A DNA stretch of 63,320 nucleotides, filler included, from Hyphochytrium catenoides (Eukaryota > Protista > Hyphochytriomycota): NCBI GenBank assembly GCA_900088475.1. It is 4 parts of 4 records of this genome, joined end to end, with 100 filler letters (N's around TTAATTAATTAA, not from the genome) between each part and the next. Parts side by side here need not be neighbours in the genome. Positions count along the whole stretch, not along the records: positions 44,539 to 60,878 come from FLMG01004229.1; positions 60,979 to 63,320 come from FLMG01004609.1; 2 more parts are not named here. One strand, 5' to 3'. Each line of letters opens with the position of its first letter. The stretch's first letter is position 1. Made by a program: the position numbers and the translations under genes. This document shows, piece by piece, positions 48,296-63,320 of this stretch. The notes below the pieces were generated by a model. It was not told the DNA's origin and did not search any database. It saw only the letters and a list, made by a program, of their open reading frames with translations.

Positions 48296-49655
48296 GCCTC
48301 TATCGCGAAGGCGTGACAACCGTGGAAGGCAATGGACAACTTAGCCAGATGGAAAGAGCAGAAAGCCTTTCTTAGTGTTCATTGTCCTGCCCTATATTTG
48401 CGCTTACTTGTGTCCCCAGTCTCCGTAGTCTCATCTCAGCCTCAACTTCTAATGTCCCGCGGATGTGCAGCCCCATCGTGGCCTCTAGTGTCTGCAGCCC
48501 TGATGATCTTTCATCATCGCCGAGGGCCTCCACTCCTCCGCAGGCTTGAGCAACAATGATCGATCAGCACACAAATGGATGTTGGTTCTGATCTACAAGA
48601 AGCCCTTAACCCTTCTCATTCTGAATAGAGGAGCATATAAAAATCACTAGGGAATATTTCCTTTTTCCAAATTGTTAGCTCTAAGTCTACAGGAGTAGGT
48701 CTTTGTTCTTTTCCGCATTAAATAGATTATAGAACAATTGTAAGGATGATATTCACAATATATAAGGTTGCTATCATAAATGATGGCTTGTGGAAGCATG
48801 TCTGATTCGTTATCTGATGAGCTTCAATAGTCTGGTGTCTGGACCAATGCCAACACAAGCTTGAAGCTTCAATCTCCCAACATCGGTCCTGTGGCAGCGG
48901 GCAGAGAAGAGCCAAGAGCAGACCAAGGCCCGTGCTCCTCTTGAGATATATTCTTACAAGCCGAGAGTAGCGGCAAGGGCAAGAGACGTGGAATTGGCCA
49001 TAATGCTCTTCTAGAGCAGTAGCTGGAAGAACGAGCCACGCTGCGAATACCGGGTTAGCGTGACAGTGGAGCTGTTACAGGTCCAGGAACTGGGTGCTTG
49101 AAGAAGCTTGGCCTTTTTTAAAAAAAAATGGAATTGACTATTTTTGAATGTATGAACTTTTGTTAAGAACAGCCAGCTAAAGACATAAATACCCTACGTA
49201 GCTATTGCTCCCTTCAGATAACCGTCCAGCTGAAGTGGTGAACGATCAGGCATTCAGAAGGCAAGCCAGAGCCGGTCCACGGACATGCCATGCCACTCCC
49301 ACAACGTAGCGTGCTTCGTCGTTGTCGTCCTTTAGTTGCACACTTACTCTGGACTTGGTCCCAACCTATCCTCTTCCCTTTCTTGTACTCAGCACCTCGC
49401 GTCCACGTAGATAGTTATAATGAAGAAGGAGAGTCGGACGGAGTTATAGATATCTTGTCACTCTCTCTTGTAGTTCTCCTCTCGGGGCAGCTGGCGGCAC
49501 CAGCGAGATAGGCCTGACTTATAGGCCAACTGTAGCGCTAACGGCAGTTGCCCTCGGCTACCTCTAGGGCAGGTAGGGACTCATGATAGTGAGCCTCACT
49601 CTCTAACCATAGACAGGAGTGTTGCTGGCTTGGTAAAGAAAGGTCTAGCTGGCCA

Positions 49656-50291
49656 TCAAGAGCGGAATGCCAAATGATCGTCCGCTACTCTCCGCAGCGT
49701 ATCTCTCACTTGATTCCGCCAATGCTCTGAGGGAGAGTCAGAAGTTTGAAATTGTCAGGGATGAGTATCATCAGTCTGTATGACCTGTTCGGCTTACCAG
49801 CTTCGTGGATGGCCTCCTGAAGCTTGGTATGCGCCGTCTCAGACTCCTTCTGGAGCCCAGCAAGCTCATGTAACTGAGCGCTGCAGGCGAGGCTTAGCTT
49901 AGGGCGAGTTTACGAGCAACTGATACTGCTTATAACTTACGATTCTGACTTCGAGATGCCTGGAAGCTGATCTATCAACTTATCGATAGTCTTGGAGGTC
50001 TGAATGACGTCATTTGCCAGCTTTTTTATCTGCAGAGCAACATGGATGGTCAACAGCACGCATTCGGTCTTGCGGCCTTTATGGTCTTACCTTCTCTGCA
50101 CGTTCTTCGTTTCCGTTTTCTGGTTCATTCACCGGCAGAAGTCTCAGACCATCAAACATGCTCAATGCTAGCTTGTCTACCAAGTCTTGCAGCTCGGTAA
50201 CTTTGTCGAGGTGCTGGACTTGATTTGTTTCTTCCACCTTGCTTTCCGCTTCCTTTGCGCTCTGTTCCGTTGAAGGATCGTTGGGCTCCAT
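49656..50291 (-). CDS. MED21: Mediator subunit Med21
   Basis: LDKVTELQDLVDKLA..MF, LANDVIQTSKTIDKLIDQLPG, QLHELAGLQKE...LQEAIHEAE; four small exons. Confidence 0.82.
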
Positions 50292-50514
50292 CTATCCTAC
50301 CTTCAGTCGCCCAAGCTCGATATCTGATCTTCACGGTCTCATGCTGAGTTCCAGGGATGGGGAAGCAAAGATGTTCAAGAAAGATTCAGCTCCCCTCTCT
50401 CAGTACACTTCGGGATTGTCTGCGATCTTCAAGCCTCCGATGTCACAGGTTTCGGTCTCCAGGCTTCTTAGCAAGGTTAGTATGAACTCTACCAGCGCCT
50501 GCGAGCACCTAGTA

Positions 50515-51266
50515 TAGAAGCCCTCGTGGAGTGGTCACAAGCGAATGGTGGTTGCATGCTTCTTCTATGTACAGGCTCTAACCTGCTTGAAGTGAGCCAT
50601 GATCAGAGCTCCAGATCTCCAGATCTGTCGAGTTCTTGGAGCTGTTTGTCGCTTGTCTTCATCAGCATGTCTCCCAAGTCTCCCGACATACAAACCACAG
50701 AAGCGAAAAATCAATAAGAGATCATTTCTATGGGGTCATTTATGATTACCTCTGGATAGATATTTTCAGAACAGTTCTGCGGTTAGCAGCACCTGTACTG
50801 GCTCCTTCTGGCTCTTCCCTACACTGCGACAGTCCGTCATTATTATGCGCCGCACCTCTTGCAGCTGCTTCCTTGTCCATGTGCCACATAAGCCATTTGT
50901 CTGCATAATCTCTGGTAAAGAGGAACCTACACCGCACTCATCACAGGATGATCTGCATGAAGAACGCAGGAATAAAAGCGGGGACGGGGAGGGGATCCTT
51001 TCTCTACTATCCGTAGTTTAAACCACCCCGCCACTAGCTATTGCTCGGGGATCTTTGCTTTGGAACGGCGTTCGCCGGTAGCTATTGCCAAAGGCTCTTA
51101 CTACTTGTACAAGAGTGAGAGAAAGGGTTCCATTATTAGACAATAAGAAGAATGCACTTTGAGTAAATGATGGGCCAAGGAGGAGGAGACCTACTAGGAG
51201 GCTCGGATCCTGCCGGCTCTTCTGTTCATGCTCCCACTCAACCTTCCACTTCTCGGCGGCGTGCAT
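50515..51266 (-). CDS. Hypothetical spliced protein
   Basis: Coding-looking segments MHAAEKWKVEWEHEQKSRQDPSLL, VVRAFGNSYRRTPFQSKDPR and FLFTRDYADKWLMWHMDKEAAAR are flanked by plausible splice sites; the structure is unresolved. Confidence 0.3.
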
Positions 51267-51351
51267 CCTGCGAACTGGCTATCTCACCTTGCCTTGCATA
51301 CCTGTTACATTAGCGCATCAGGATCAATTTCATGCCTGAGACATCGCAACA

Positions 51352-53179
51352 ATGTCGCCAAGAAATCTACTCTTGCAGCCTATGTAAGCTCTTCGGTGAC
51401 GCGAAAGCCTCATTCGCTACTAAGAACTAATTGTTCGTCTGACGTGATCAGTAGCCTAGCTGTCGAGACGGAGACTGCTATTAGGGATAAAGTGTTATGG
51501 GAAATCCAATCGCGATTGGCGCCCTGCCTGCCTTTCAGGCACCACAAGGCAAGTCCATCTACAATACTACAGAGACTTCTCCCTAAAACATCAGTATTAA
51601 CGGGCCTTGTGACTTCTGTAGTGGTCATTGCCAGAGGGAGTCGATGTCAAACGCAAAGAATGGGTTCAACCCAGCATAGGTAATATCCTAATACCTAAGA
51701 CACAGTCATGTCCTGAGGCTAAACAGAGGCTGCACAAGGCTTCGAATGGCTAGCAGGCCAATGGACGGTGGATAAGACCACTCCACACACTGACGACGAG
51801 GGCTGGCAGTACCTGAAGACTTTAAAGCGGTTGGAGCCTTGTGCTAAGGCCAGCCACGCCGCCCGCTACAGAAGACGACAATGGATCCGTGCAGAGGGGT
51901 ACCCCTACCTCCAGGTATTGTGATTACTGGTTTAGACTGATTGCCAGTCTCGTTCCTAAGCAAAGGATGTGTTAGGGCCCACCGACCGGACTGATTGGAG
52001 TAGACGCATTGTCGAAGGAGCAGAGGCAGAAGATCGCTCAGCGGTATAGACCCGTCTTCTGGCTTCATAAGAAAGAAAATGTGAGCGATTGCGGTTCTAA
52101 TAACTGATCCTCTGGACCTAACTCCAACCCCTTGCGAAGTATCGCCCCATTATCATTGAGGAGTATTTGCGAGAGTGCGAACTGTGGTGGAAAGGGAAAA
52201 AGCTCTTGGAGAAAGGCCAAGTCACGGTCTCAACGCTCGTGGAGCAAAAGGTCATGGATAACGATGTCCAGATTTCAGCCTCCAAGTGCATTATGACACA
52301 ACAATTAGCAGTAATGCCAGAAAATAAGGATTGGCATCTCAAGTCTGCTGCTCATTCGGTAAGTAGCAATCAGCGAGCATTTCACTTACCGGAGAAGAAA
52401 CTAATCGTAGCTCTAGGGAACCCCGGTCGAGCGACTCGCGGACGCCATAATCTATGCCCACATACGGGACGATGAGATCGACGGAAAACCAATATTTTCT
52501 ATCTACTATTCCACCTTCTTCGCTTACAATGGCTCTTACCTGATTCCGGTAGATGAGAAGCTCAACTTTTTCACCTACCAGGGCAGTCATGAAGGTGATG
52601 TGGAGCACGTCGTGGTTTACGTCCTCAAGGAGACCGGACAGATATATGGCGTCCGGTTTGGAGCTCATCGGGAACGGGACGGGACGGTGCGGCTCGGTCA
52701 TCGCTTTGAAAGGAATGACGAAGGCCGCCCAATTGTCTATGTCTCTAAATATGGGCATGCCGCTTACTACCGTCGCGGAGTGTAAGTCCTTACTTTCGGT
52801 TGCCTGTGGGACGGACTTAACTCTTTGTATGCTAAAATGCTCCTTCTTGAATCACAGCCATCTCCGGGTGTACTTCATGGCCAATGATCTTTGTAGTCGT
52901 GGACACCTTTGGGATCCGCGGAGGGCACAGTATTTACCTGATCTTACAGAGCATGAGACCATCGAGCGGCTAGGTCTGCAATGGCTCTATTACAACGGCG
53001 CGTGGGGTACCAACTTTGAGGAGTACGGTCACTGCAGTGAGGAGGACCGGGCAGTGATCCACAGAATCAGGAGGACTGGAGGAACTCCCTGTGGTCCCCA
53101 ATGTCAGGATTGGTGGCTGCACGAGGTGAAGACGTCAAGGGAATGGTGGAAGACCATCTTTCTACCAAACGCTCCGTAA
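51352..53179 (+). CDS. Dysferlin (DysF/Pex24-like) domain + Vps62/DUF946-like domain protein
   Basis: DysF: VLWEIQ..., WSLPEG, GFEWLAGQWTVDK...DDEGWQY...YRRRQWIR. Vps62-like: YRPIIIEEYL, FFAYNG, GSHEGDVEHVVV, GAH, PIVYVSKYGHAAY, WLYYNGAWG, PCGP. Confidence 0.75.
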
Positions 53180-53289
53180 TGTTCACAGGTATTGGTGTGG
53201 AATATCGTAGGCCTCTATGTCTTGACAGCAAACTCTGCCTTTACTTAATTTAGTCTTGAAGACTTACGGCCTATTGGGCAGAGAAACGT

Positions 53290-55043
53290 CTACTCAGCAT
53301 CAGAAATGCCTTTCTCGGTGATAGCAAAGGTGCAGTCTGCCTCTGGCATGTTGGGAGAGTCCGTGAGTTTACTGTGACAAGAGCAGCAATTGTAAGCTAT
53401 TAGTTTTGACAATACTTCCCTCTCTGAGACTACATCATTGGTGAAGTCTTATACCATAGTCGTTGTTCGCCCTTTCCTTTTCTAAATGATAATCTGACGG
53501 ACGCGGCGTGGGCGAGAACGTGGCCACCTGCAACAATAGATGAGTGTAAGGTCCGTCGCATGAAGTTCAGTCGCGAGTACACTAGTACCAACTGGCCGGA
53601 GGACGGGTCCAAACATCGAAGCTGCACCAGGATCTGCCATGACCTGGTTGACCAGAAGGATCGCTACGTTGAACTCTTCGGCTAACCGAACTAGGTGGGA
53701 CAAATGCTTTGACAGTCGCTGCTGGCGCTCTGCCAGATCACCTCTACCACTGAAATCGGCCCGAAATAAAGCTGTCACCGAATCAATGATAATCAATCGA
53801 AATGGGCCTTTCTCTTCGTCCTAGAGATTTCGTGGGGATTACTTCCCCATTAAAAATTCGGGAGAGATGGACGAGCTTAGACCTACCGCAAAAAGTGCAC
53901 TAAGCTGAACGACGATGTCCATCTGGGACTCGTGATTGTAGACGCGGGCAACGATTATGTTATCCAGAACCTCGTCTGCAGACTGCGCGCTTCGGCTCAA
54001 TAAAAGTCTTTAACACGATAGTCCCATAAAAACGAACCATGTTGTATCGCTTCTCTGCAATCTCAGCAACCCGTTCAGGTCGGAATGTACCCTCCGTATC
54101 TACGACTGCGACCTTCCCTGCCAAAGGAAGTGGGAACTGCGTGAGGATAGGCGAGAAGTCTGCGCACAACTTTATGATGAAAGGTATGAACGCGTACCAT
54201 TTCCTCCTCCAAGTTCAAGAGGAAGCTGTGCAGTGACGCATAACGTCATGCCCAGCTGGCTCTTGCCAGTTCGGAACTCTCCAGAGACCTACATTGGAAC
54301 TGTTAAAGAGGAGCAGTGCCACCTTTTAACGCCAATAACACTAGTAGGAACCTCTGTAATGCACTGAGTCTCTATCCCTCCGCCCAGAAGGGCGTCTAAG
54401 CCTAGGAGACATCCGTTAGTACGGCTGGGTAGCAGCATTTAGAATATTATGGTCATAAGAAGTCAGTTCCAAGTGAGGGCGCTCGAATCGCTTACTCTGA
54501 GAGCCTGTCGTCACACGAATGACATGCTTACGCCGCAGTGCCAATTGAGTGGCCGTCGTGTAGAATTCAGTGTGCCCCAATGCCTGTCGATGAACGCATC
54601 CTATGAACCTGTAGGATTTTTGAGGTTCACATCATGGAAATATACCTTTCTTGCTGCCTCTTGTATCTAACGTAATGGTCACAGTTGTGTGAGGGTTTGA
54701 TGGATTACCGTTGTCCATAGACAATAGCTTACCTTATCGCATTTCGCCTCGCTCACTCCCTTGACGTTGAGCAGAACCTTTTTCGGCACCTGCAGAATTT
54801 GGCCAACAGTATAAAAGCCAGCCTCCTTCAGTTTGGAAATGTCAGCGGCATTTATCCCAAAGCTCTGCAGTTGCTCTACTGAGCAAAAGCCTGTCTCGAC
54901 ATCTTCATACGCATCGTCATCTCGGGCTGAGTAGGTCTCAGCCTTGCTCTGGCTGTCGTATAAGGTATTAGGAAAAGTAAGACCTGGTAGTAGCCCTCTC
55001 CTACTAAGACCTACATGCGTCGGACGGAAGACGTCAGTGCCAT
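53290..55043 (-). CDS. DMC1: Meiosis-specific recombinase DMC1
   Basis: GINAADISKLKEAG, Walker A GEFRTGKSQ, DTEGTFRPER, Walker B LIIIDS. DMC1-type rather than RAD51-type residues: GRGDLAERQQRL, EEFNVA, MADPG, GGHVLAHA. Ends DSPNMPE...GISDAE*. Confidence 0.92.
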
Positions 55044-55141
55044 TCTTACTCCATTCACACAGCGGTGCTCAGGTCTGACTCTATCACAAACTCTTCGACG
55101 CTGTCACGGGTTTCAAAACAGCTAGGAAACTGGTGGGGCCT

Positions 55142-56520
55142 ATGCCTAAACCTCAAGGAAACTTTGCAAATGATGCTGGCCTATTACAATCTCTTCCCCC
55201 CGCCGCCACCCTTCATTTAGAAATCCCGACCGGGGGCGGACCATTGTCCAGACGCCCCAGTGGCGCAGGAAAGAGAGGGTGTGGGCCATCCCTTCAATCG
55301 CGATTCTCCACCTGTGAATCTAAATTCGAAAGCTCCGCTTCCCGTTTCAATTCCGAGTGCAAAGAGCAGCCGCGAAATCGCTTTGGAACCACAGAGCCTT
55401 TCAGACAAATGCGTTCTCAATCATTATTATTGAGGAAGAAAACCTTCAACATAACCTTTCACTTCAGTAATCCCCCAGTAATTTCCTATATCACATCTTT
55501 CGTGTCGCGCCGTCGCGCCGGCCCTCAATGCTATCGGCGCTTGCCGCTGCATAGCTCGGGATGCAGTCACGGTTCTTGCCAAGCAAAGGGGCGAAATATT
55601 CCAACGGGAGGAATGTCAAACCAAGAGAGTGGAGCGCGTTACGGCCGGGATTATTGCTAGACAGATAGTCGTACTTCCAAGGCTTTATAGTAGAGTGTGT
55701 CGCCGCCTGCTACCTCAGGATGACGTAGGAGGTAAAAGAATGTCAGAATGTGACCGCCGCGATGCGCCATAGACTTGATCTTGGCAATCTCTCCAGCAAA
55801 GTGGGGGTGGCCGCCTCCATCTCTAAGCACAGTTTTAGCTCTGGAGCGAGGAGGCCAATGATTAGCACCTGCTTCAAACCTCCCTGGTTCGACAAGATAG
55901 CCCTCTACAGTCAATGCGCTTTCTTCCTCCTGGACGCTCGCTTCCTGCTACTATTCTTCTGCACCCCTAGTAGCTGCGTTGACTGGTTTCTTCTTGTTGC
56001 GCCTGCAAGCACCATTCGCTCTGCGTTTTTTACTTTGGTTGGAGACAACATCTCGCTAGAAAGTATCACGCTATTGACTTTTCGTCAAATTATGAGAAAA
56101 TGGGAGATCCCAATTGCAGAACAGAGAAGCCTCTGTCAGCCTTCGGCTGCGGCATCTTTTGAAGGTGGAGTGAATTAGAGGCGCGTGGTTGGATGCTGTT
56201 TGTGTCTGATCCTTGTGTCTCGCACTCTCTTTCGTGCCTTGGTTACATGCGGACCTGAGTCCTGTAGTAGTAAGTGAACATTCGTGAAGTTCAGCGAAGG
56301 GATCCTGACATGCTTCAGGCGTTGGCAAGAGGACGAGGTTCTGGACATCGCCAAGTTCAAGGAAGCTCCTTCCTTGGCATTCAGGGGTGACCGTGGTGAA
56401 CCTCATCGTGGGCTTTGTGTAATCTCAAGACCCACTAGTGGGCTTTGCGTGTTGAGGGCAGCTTGGATATCTTTCGTGTGTCCAGAACTCCAATCAGTTT
56501 CATTAGCGACAGGCGGTTGA
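55142..56520 (+). CDS. Possible hypothetical spliced gene divergent from DMC1
   Basis: Several plus-strand ORF pieces with plausible splice sites (e.g. FRRWQEDEVLDIAKFKEAPSLAF); no family recognised. Confidence 0.22.
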
Positions 56521-56996
56521 GATACCCTGACTTCGAAGCTGTCCTGCAAGACGTTGAGCTACGGGAGAAGGTAATGGCAATTCAGGAGCCGTCAGTTGCC
56601 GCTCGAAACTGATTTGAGTGCCGGACATACGAAAGGTGAATAGTGTTTGATCGATAGTTCAAGTCCATCGGCCCCAAGAATCCTCACATCTCACAGGGGA
56701 TCCTTCCGCTCCGCTTAGCGCCTTGAAGGCCACTGGCAATTACCCCCAAAGCCGATTTTCCTGCTATGCGGGTCAGAGGCTGAAGCTGTAATATATGACA
56801 GATTTATGGCCGAAGGCACAAGCGAGAAAGCCCATCACTAGGCTTAGTGACATGTTTAACTAATAGTGGATAATCCTTCCTCACTTGCTGGTCCGTGCCG
56901 CTGTGTAGGAAGAGGATCATGTGAATGGATTCCTAACGATGAGGATTCTAGGAGCAACAACCTATACTGAACTGCAGTACATCCCAAGCGTTGGTC

Positions 56997-59739
<2,743 letters not shown>

Positions 59740-60062
59740 GATCCCACCAATATCTACGCAGAGGGTCAGGTGGAGTCTATGCTGCTCTCTGTTACGGCTA
59801 TAAGGGGCCTTCCAGAAAAAAGCTCAAGCCGCACGCAGCGCAGAGGAGTCCAAAGAGATATTGAGGCCCGATGACGCTGCGGCGAACGAATCTTTTTATA
59901 GCAGCTCCGGCGTGACCTACACCTGCAGAAGAACTCTTGCACTTGAAGAAAGAGAGTAAGACAGAGTAAGTAGTGGGCTGAGGACAAAGAGAAGCGTTCA
60001 AGCTAAGAGTCCAGACTGCTCACAGTGTTAGGGAGGCCAAGAACACTGTAACACGGAGATGG

Positions 60063-60063
60063 G

Positions 60064-60095
<32 letters not shown>

Positions 60096-60123
60096 AAGAG
60101 AGAGAGAGAGTGAGAGAGAGAGA
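60063..60123. repeat. (GA)n microsatellite upstream of CDPK
   Basis: Directly visible. Confidence 0.9.
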
Positions 60124-60878
60124 AAGGGCAACAACGCTTATCAGAGTACAGATAACCGATGTGAATCATTCTACGGTAATCAAGGATGCCCAGGTGTTAC
60201 TTGTACCTGTACCAGGTAAGTTAGAGGAAATGATGATGATGAGGTGGAGATGATGCAAAACGAAGCTTTATCAATAAGTTACAGCCGTTTAGAGACAAGG
60301 AACAAGCCAGACAGAAGTTTGCTCTCCTGTGTCGCTCACCTCTGTCGTGGAGCTCCTTGCGACTTCTATAGATGAGAGATAAGTCATAGTCCACTTAAGT
60401 CATTCAAAGACTTCACGTTATCTGAATGTTACAACTGAGAATGGTGATGACCCAATTGACTTAACCCATAAACTTTTAGTTAGACTGAATATGACAGAGA
60501 TGTCCTCCTCTGAAAAAGAGCTTCTCTGACTTCTTGCCAGTAGCCACGTGGTTATCAGCCTTCTCTGTGTAACAAGCGGCTGATCGTAGCCCTTTCTAAG
60601 AAAGAGATTGAGGCACAAGGATACACTAGAGTGGATAGGGTACTCAGTCCGCTGGCACCTGAACCTTGGTTGATTAGCGTGAAGCACCGCTACGCTGCCT
60701 AGAATTCTGGGGCTAGACGTGATGGACGATGTCCTCTGGAAATAGTTCCATAAAGCTAAGCACATCTCATAGATAAATTAACTTAGGTAACATAGCACTC
60801 CTTTGTGACGCCCTGTCGATAGTTCTTGCACTCGTCACCAAGTGGCCTTATCCTGCAACCTCAATGACTTCTGTTGGC

Positions 60879-60978
60879 NNNNNNNNNNNNNNNNNNNNNN
60901 NNNNNNNNNNNNNNNNNNNNNNTTAATTAATTAANNNNNNNNNNNNNNNNNNNNNNNNNNNNNNNNNNNNNNNNNNNN
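60879..60978. other. Artificial contig-joining spacer
   Basis: 44 N + TTAATTAATTAA + 44 N. Confidence 0.95.
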
Positions 60979-61361
60979 GCCGAGCTCCGTCTGCCAATCT
61001 CCGCTGTTCAGTCTGCGGTCTGCAGTCTGCAGATCTGAAGTTTCTGTTTCGGAGATTCTGAAGCTCTTCACGCTTTTCTACAGCCGAAAAGTGATTTACT
61101 TTCGTACACTTGACCTTCTGCACTGTCTCCCATACCTAATTACTACGTCAAATGAGGGTTATTCTCGGTGCAGTCATTAGTTTGTTTTAGTTTGGGCCGG
61201 CAAGGTTGATTTGACAGCATCTTTCCGCGTTATTGTAGATTAGACTCAGTTAATTCTGAACAAACCCCTAGTCTTTGGACGATATTCAGGAGATTGTAGG
61301 TAGAGGCTGGGAGCTTGTTCAAGTCGAAACGAAGCGACATCATCACTTTCCTTCTCTTCGT

Positions 61362-61364
<3 letters not shown>

Positions 61365-61431
<67 letters not shown>

Positions 61432-61535
61432 TTCTCTCTCTCTTTCTCTCTCTCGCTCGCTCGCTCGTTTGGTCTCTTTCTCTCTCTCTCACTACTATAT
61501 CTCTCTCTCTGTCAGTCGCGCTCTTCTTCTCTCTC
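61365..61535. repeat. (CT)n microsatellite
   Basis: Directly visible. Confidence 0.95.
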
Positions 61536-62119
61536 ACGAATATTCTCCGTCTCATCATTTTGGTGCTCTTTCTCTACTTGCTCTCTCTCTCCCATCTGCT
61601 TTCCTTTGTCCCTTTCCCTGCCTCTTTCTCCTTTCCTCTCGCTCTTGTCTCTCTCTTGCTCTCCTCTCCGCGATTTCCCGGCAGCGAATTCTTCTCGCAG
61701 CAGCTTTCCTTTCCTCTCCCTGCGGCTTCTCTTCGACAATCTTCATCATCAACAGAGCCGCTCTATCAGCTGCTTCTCTCTACTCCAGCTCTTCTAGCAA
61801 CTAAGAACGAAAGGGTAAAGGTGTAAGCCCAGGGAGGAGTCATGGCCGTGTCTGGCGGGTATGGGAAGATGCGCTGCTTTGAGGCAGAAGCGTGACTTGA
61901 CTCTGTGCGTACATTCTCTGTCCGGTCGTCTCTGTCTCAGCTGACTTACGCGCTCCAGGAGCTTTTTCAGCGCTCTCTTGCCGCTGCTTCTTTCCCTGGG
62001 CCTCAGTGTCTCCCGCGTGCTTGAGAAGAAGGCAGGCAAAGGAAGATAAACGCAGGCTCTCTCTTCGACAGCAGCGTGGGAGCCACTGGGAGATTCTATT
62101 GGGAAGTGGACGTGACAGG

Positions 62120-62873
62120 ATGCCGCCTGAAAGCTCTAGACCAGCAAACCCCCGCTCTCTCCTTTCTTCCCAGTCTCTCTTCCCGCTTCTAAACCTTCTC
62201 TTCCTTACGATACTGACTCTCTCTCTCCCTTACCCTGGCCATGCATCGCTTCTATCGGAGCCTGTGGTCCCAGCTATGAACTCTCTTCTCGGTAACCTAT
62301 GCCCTCGGACTTCTTCTCTTCCCGCTTCATTGCTTTCCTCTTTCTTCTCGCTCTTGTTCCACTTTGTAAGTCTTCTCTCCTCGCCCTTTCTCTCTCCATG
62401 TCCCACCCCTGCCTCCTCTCCTTTCAACCGTGCAAACCTGCTTCCTTTTCACTTCCTCGAGAGTCCTTCCATCTCTCTCCTTTCCCTGCTTTTGCTACTC
62501 TGCTTCTTCGTTCTCCCTCCCTCTTTTTCTAGGTCACTTCCTCTTCGCATTCTTTACCCTGAGCTATTCTTCTTGCTCCATGTCCCTCTCTCCTTTCTCA
62601 ATCAGGCAACCTTTATCGCCGTCCCTCTCTCTCTCTCTCTCTCTCTCTCTTTTGTCTCTCTCTCTTTCTCCTTTCCCGTCAGTCGCCTGGGAGTTCACTG
62701 ACAGTTTGGAGGGCTGGGAGACGGGGACAACGTCAGAAGCGGAGGCGGAACTTCACCAAGCAGCTGGAGAACTGCGCGGCAGCTTCATAGGCAGCGAGCC
62801 GCACCTGGACTCTCCTCCGCTGCATATCGCAGTTAACGCTGAGACCGTGATTGTCCTGAGACTCATGGTTCAG
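62120..62873 (+). CDS. 5' part of a probable secreted/membrane protein (continues beyond window)
   Basis: Exon 1 (62120-62291) has hydrophobic LLNLLFLTILTLSL. Exon 2 (62683-62873) reads VAWEFTDSLEGW...GELRG...PHLDSPPL...VIVLRL, a beta-rich extracellular-type sequence. GT-AG borders. Confidence 0.55.
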
Positions 62874-62933
62874 GTGAGGAAGAAAGTTGAAAAGACTGAC
62901 AAGATCAGATAGAATGGACAGTCCGCCACGGCG

Positions 62934-63255
62934 GAGAGAGAGAGAACGAGCAAGAGAACAGAACGACATAGGGAACCTATATAAGAGACAGAGAGAGAGA
63001 GAAGGGAAGAGAGGGAGAGAGAGAGGGGTGAGAGGAGAGAGAGAGAGAAGAGTGGAAGAGAGATAAAGGGGGGAGAGAAAGAGGGAGAAAGATAGAGAGG
63101 GGGAGAGAGACAGACAGACAGAGACAGAGAAAGGGAGAGAGTGAAGGGACGAGAAAGGACGAGAGAGAGACCAAGGGGAAGTAAAGTATGTTATTTCCAT
63201 GGAATTCGCAAGACAGAGGGAAGAAGAGAGCGACAGAGAGAGAAAGAGAGAGAGA
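62934..63255. repeat. GA-rich low-complexity tract in intron
   Basis: Directly visible. Confidence 0.85.
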
Positions 63256-63320
63256 ATAACATAGCTGCAAGGACGAGATGGCATAGCGGACAGCAAGGAC
63301 AAGCCCGTCTTGACCTAGGC

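Noticed and set aside
53290-55043. RAD51 assignment
   Set aside because: It lacks RAD51-type SARQMHL / DEFGVAV / GGNI and has the DMC1-type equivalents.
60300-60878. 115-aa minus ORF / possible TE relic before the third spacer
   Set aside because: No interpretable motif in any frame.

Overview
Intron-rich eukaryotic nuclear DNA. A stramenopile/ochrophyte-type alga is inferred from the gene set (CDPK, CBS-PB1, triple-TAPE EML, RxL-type pro-peptide), but this is not proven. The window is four assembly pieces joined by artificial 100-bp spacers (44 N + TTAATTAATTAA + 44 N). Recognisable spliced genes: neutral ceramidase, STIMATE/TMEM110, Sec12/PREB-like WD40, CBS-PB1, EML5/6-like, RsuA-family pseudouridine synthase, BET bromodomain, TTC5, a RING fragment, an aftiphilin-like DFGDF-repeat protein, MED21, a DysF+Vps62-like protein, meiotic DMC1 and a CDPK. 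A heavily decayed Ty1/copia element lies at about 6.1-8.5 kb. The most unusual region is an apparently intron-less island (about 33.3-38.3 kb). It holds one intact gene for a secreted, 12-Cys, ricin-B/beta-trefoil-like pre-pro-protein, surrounded by 3-4 frameshifted relics that share its peptide motifs. All calls come from manual translation and motif recognition; no database search was run, and exon boundaries are approximate.
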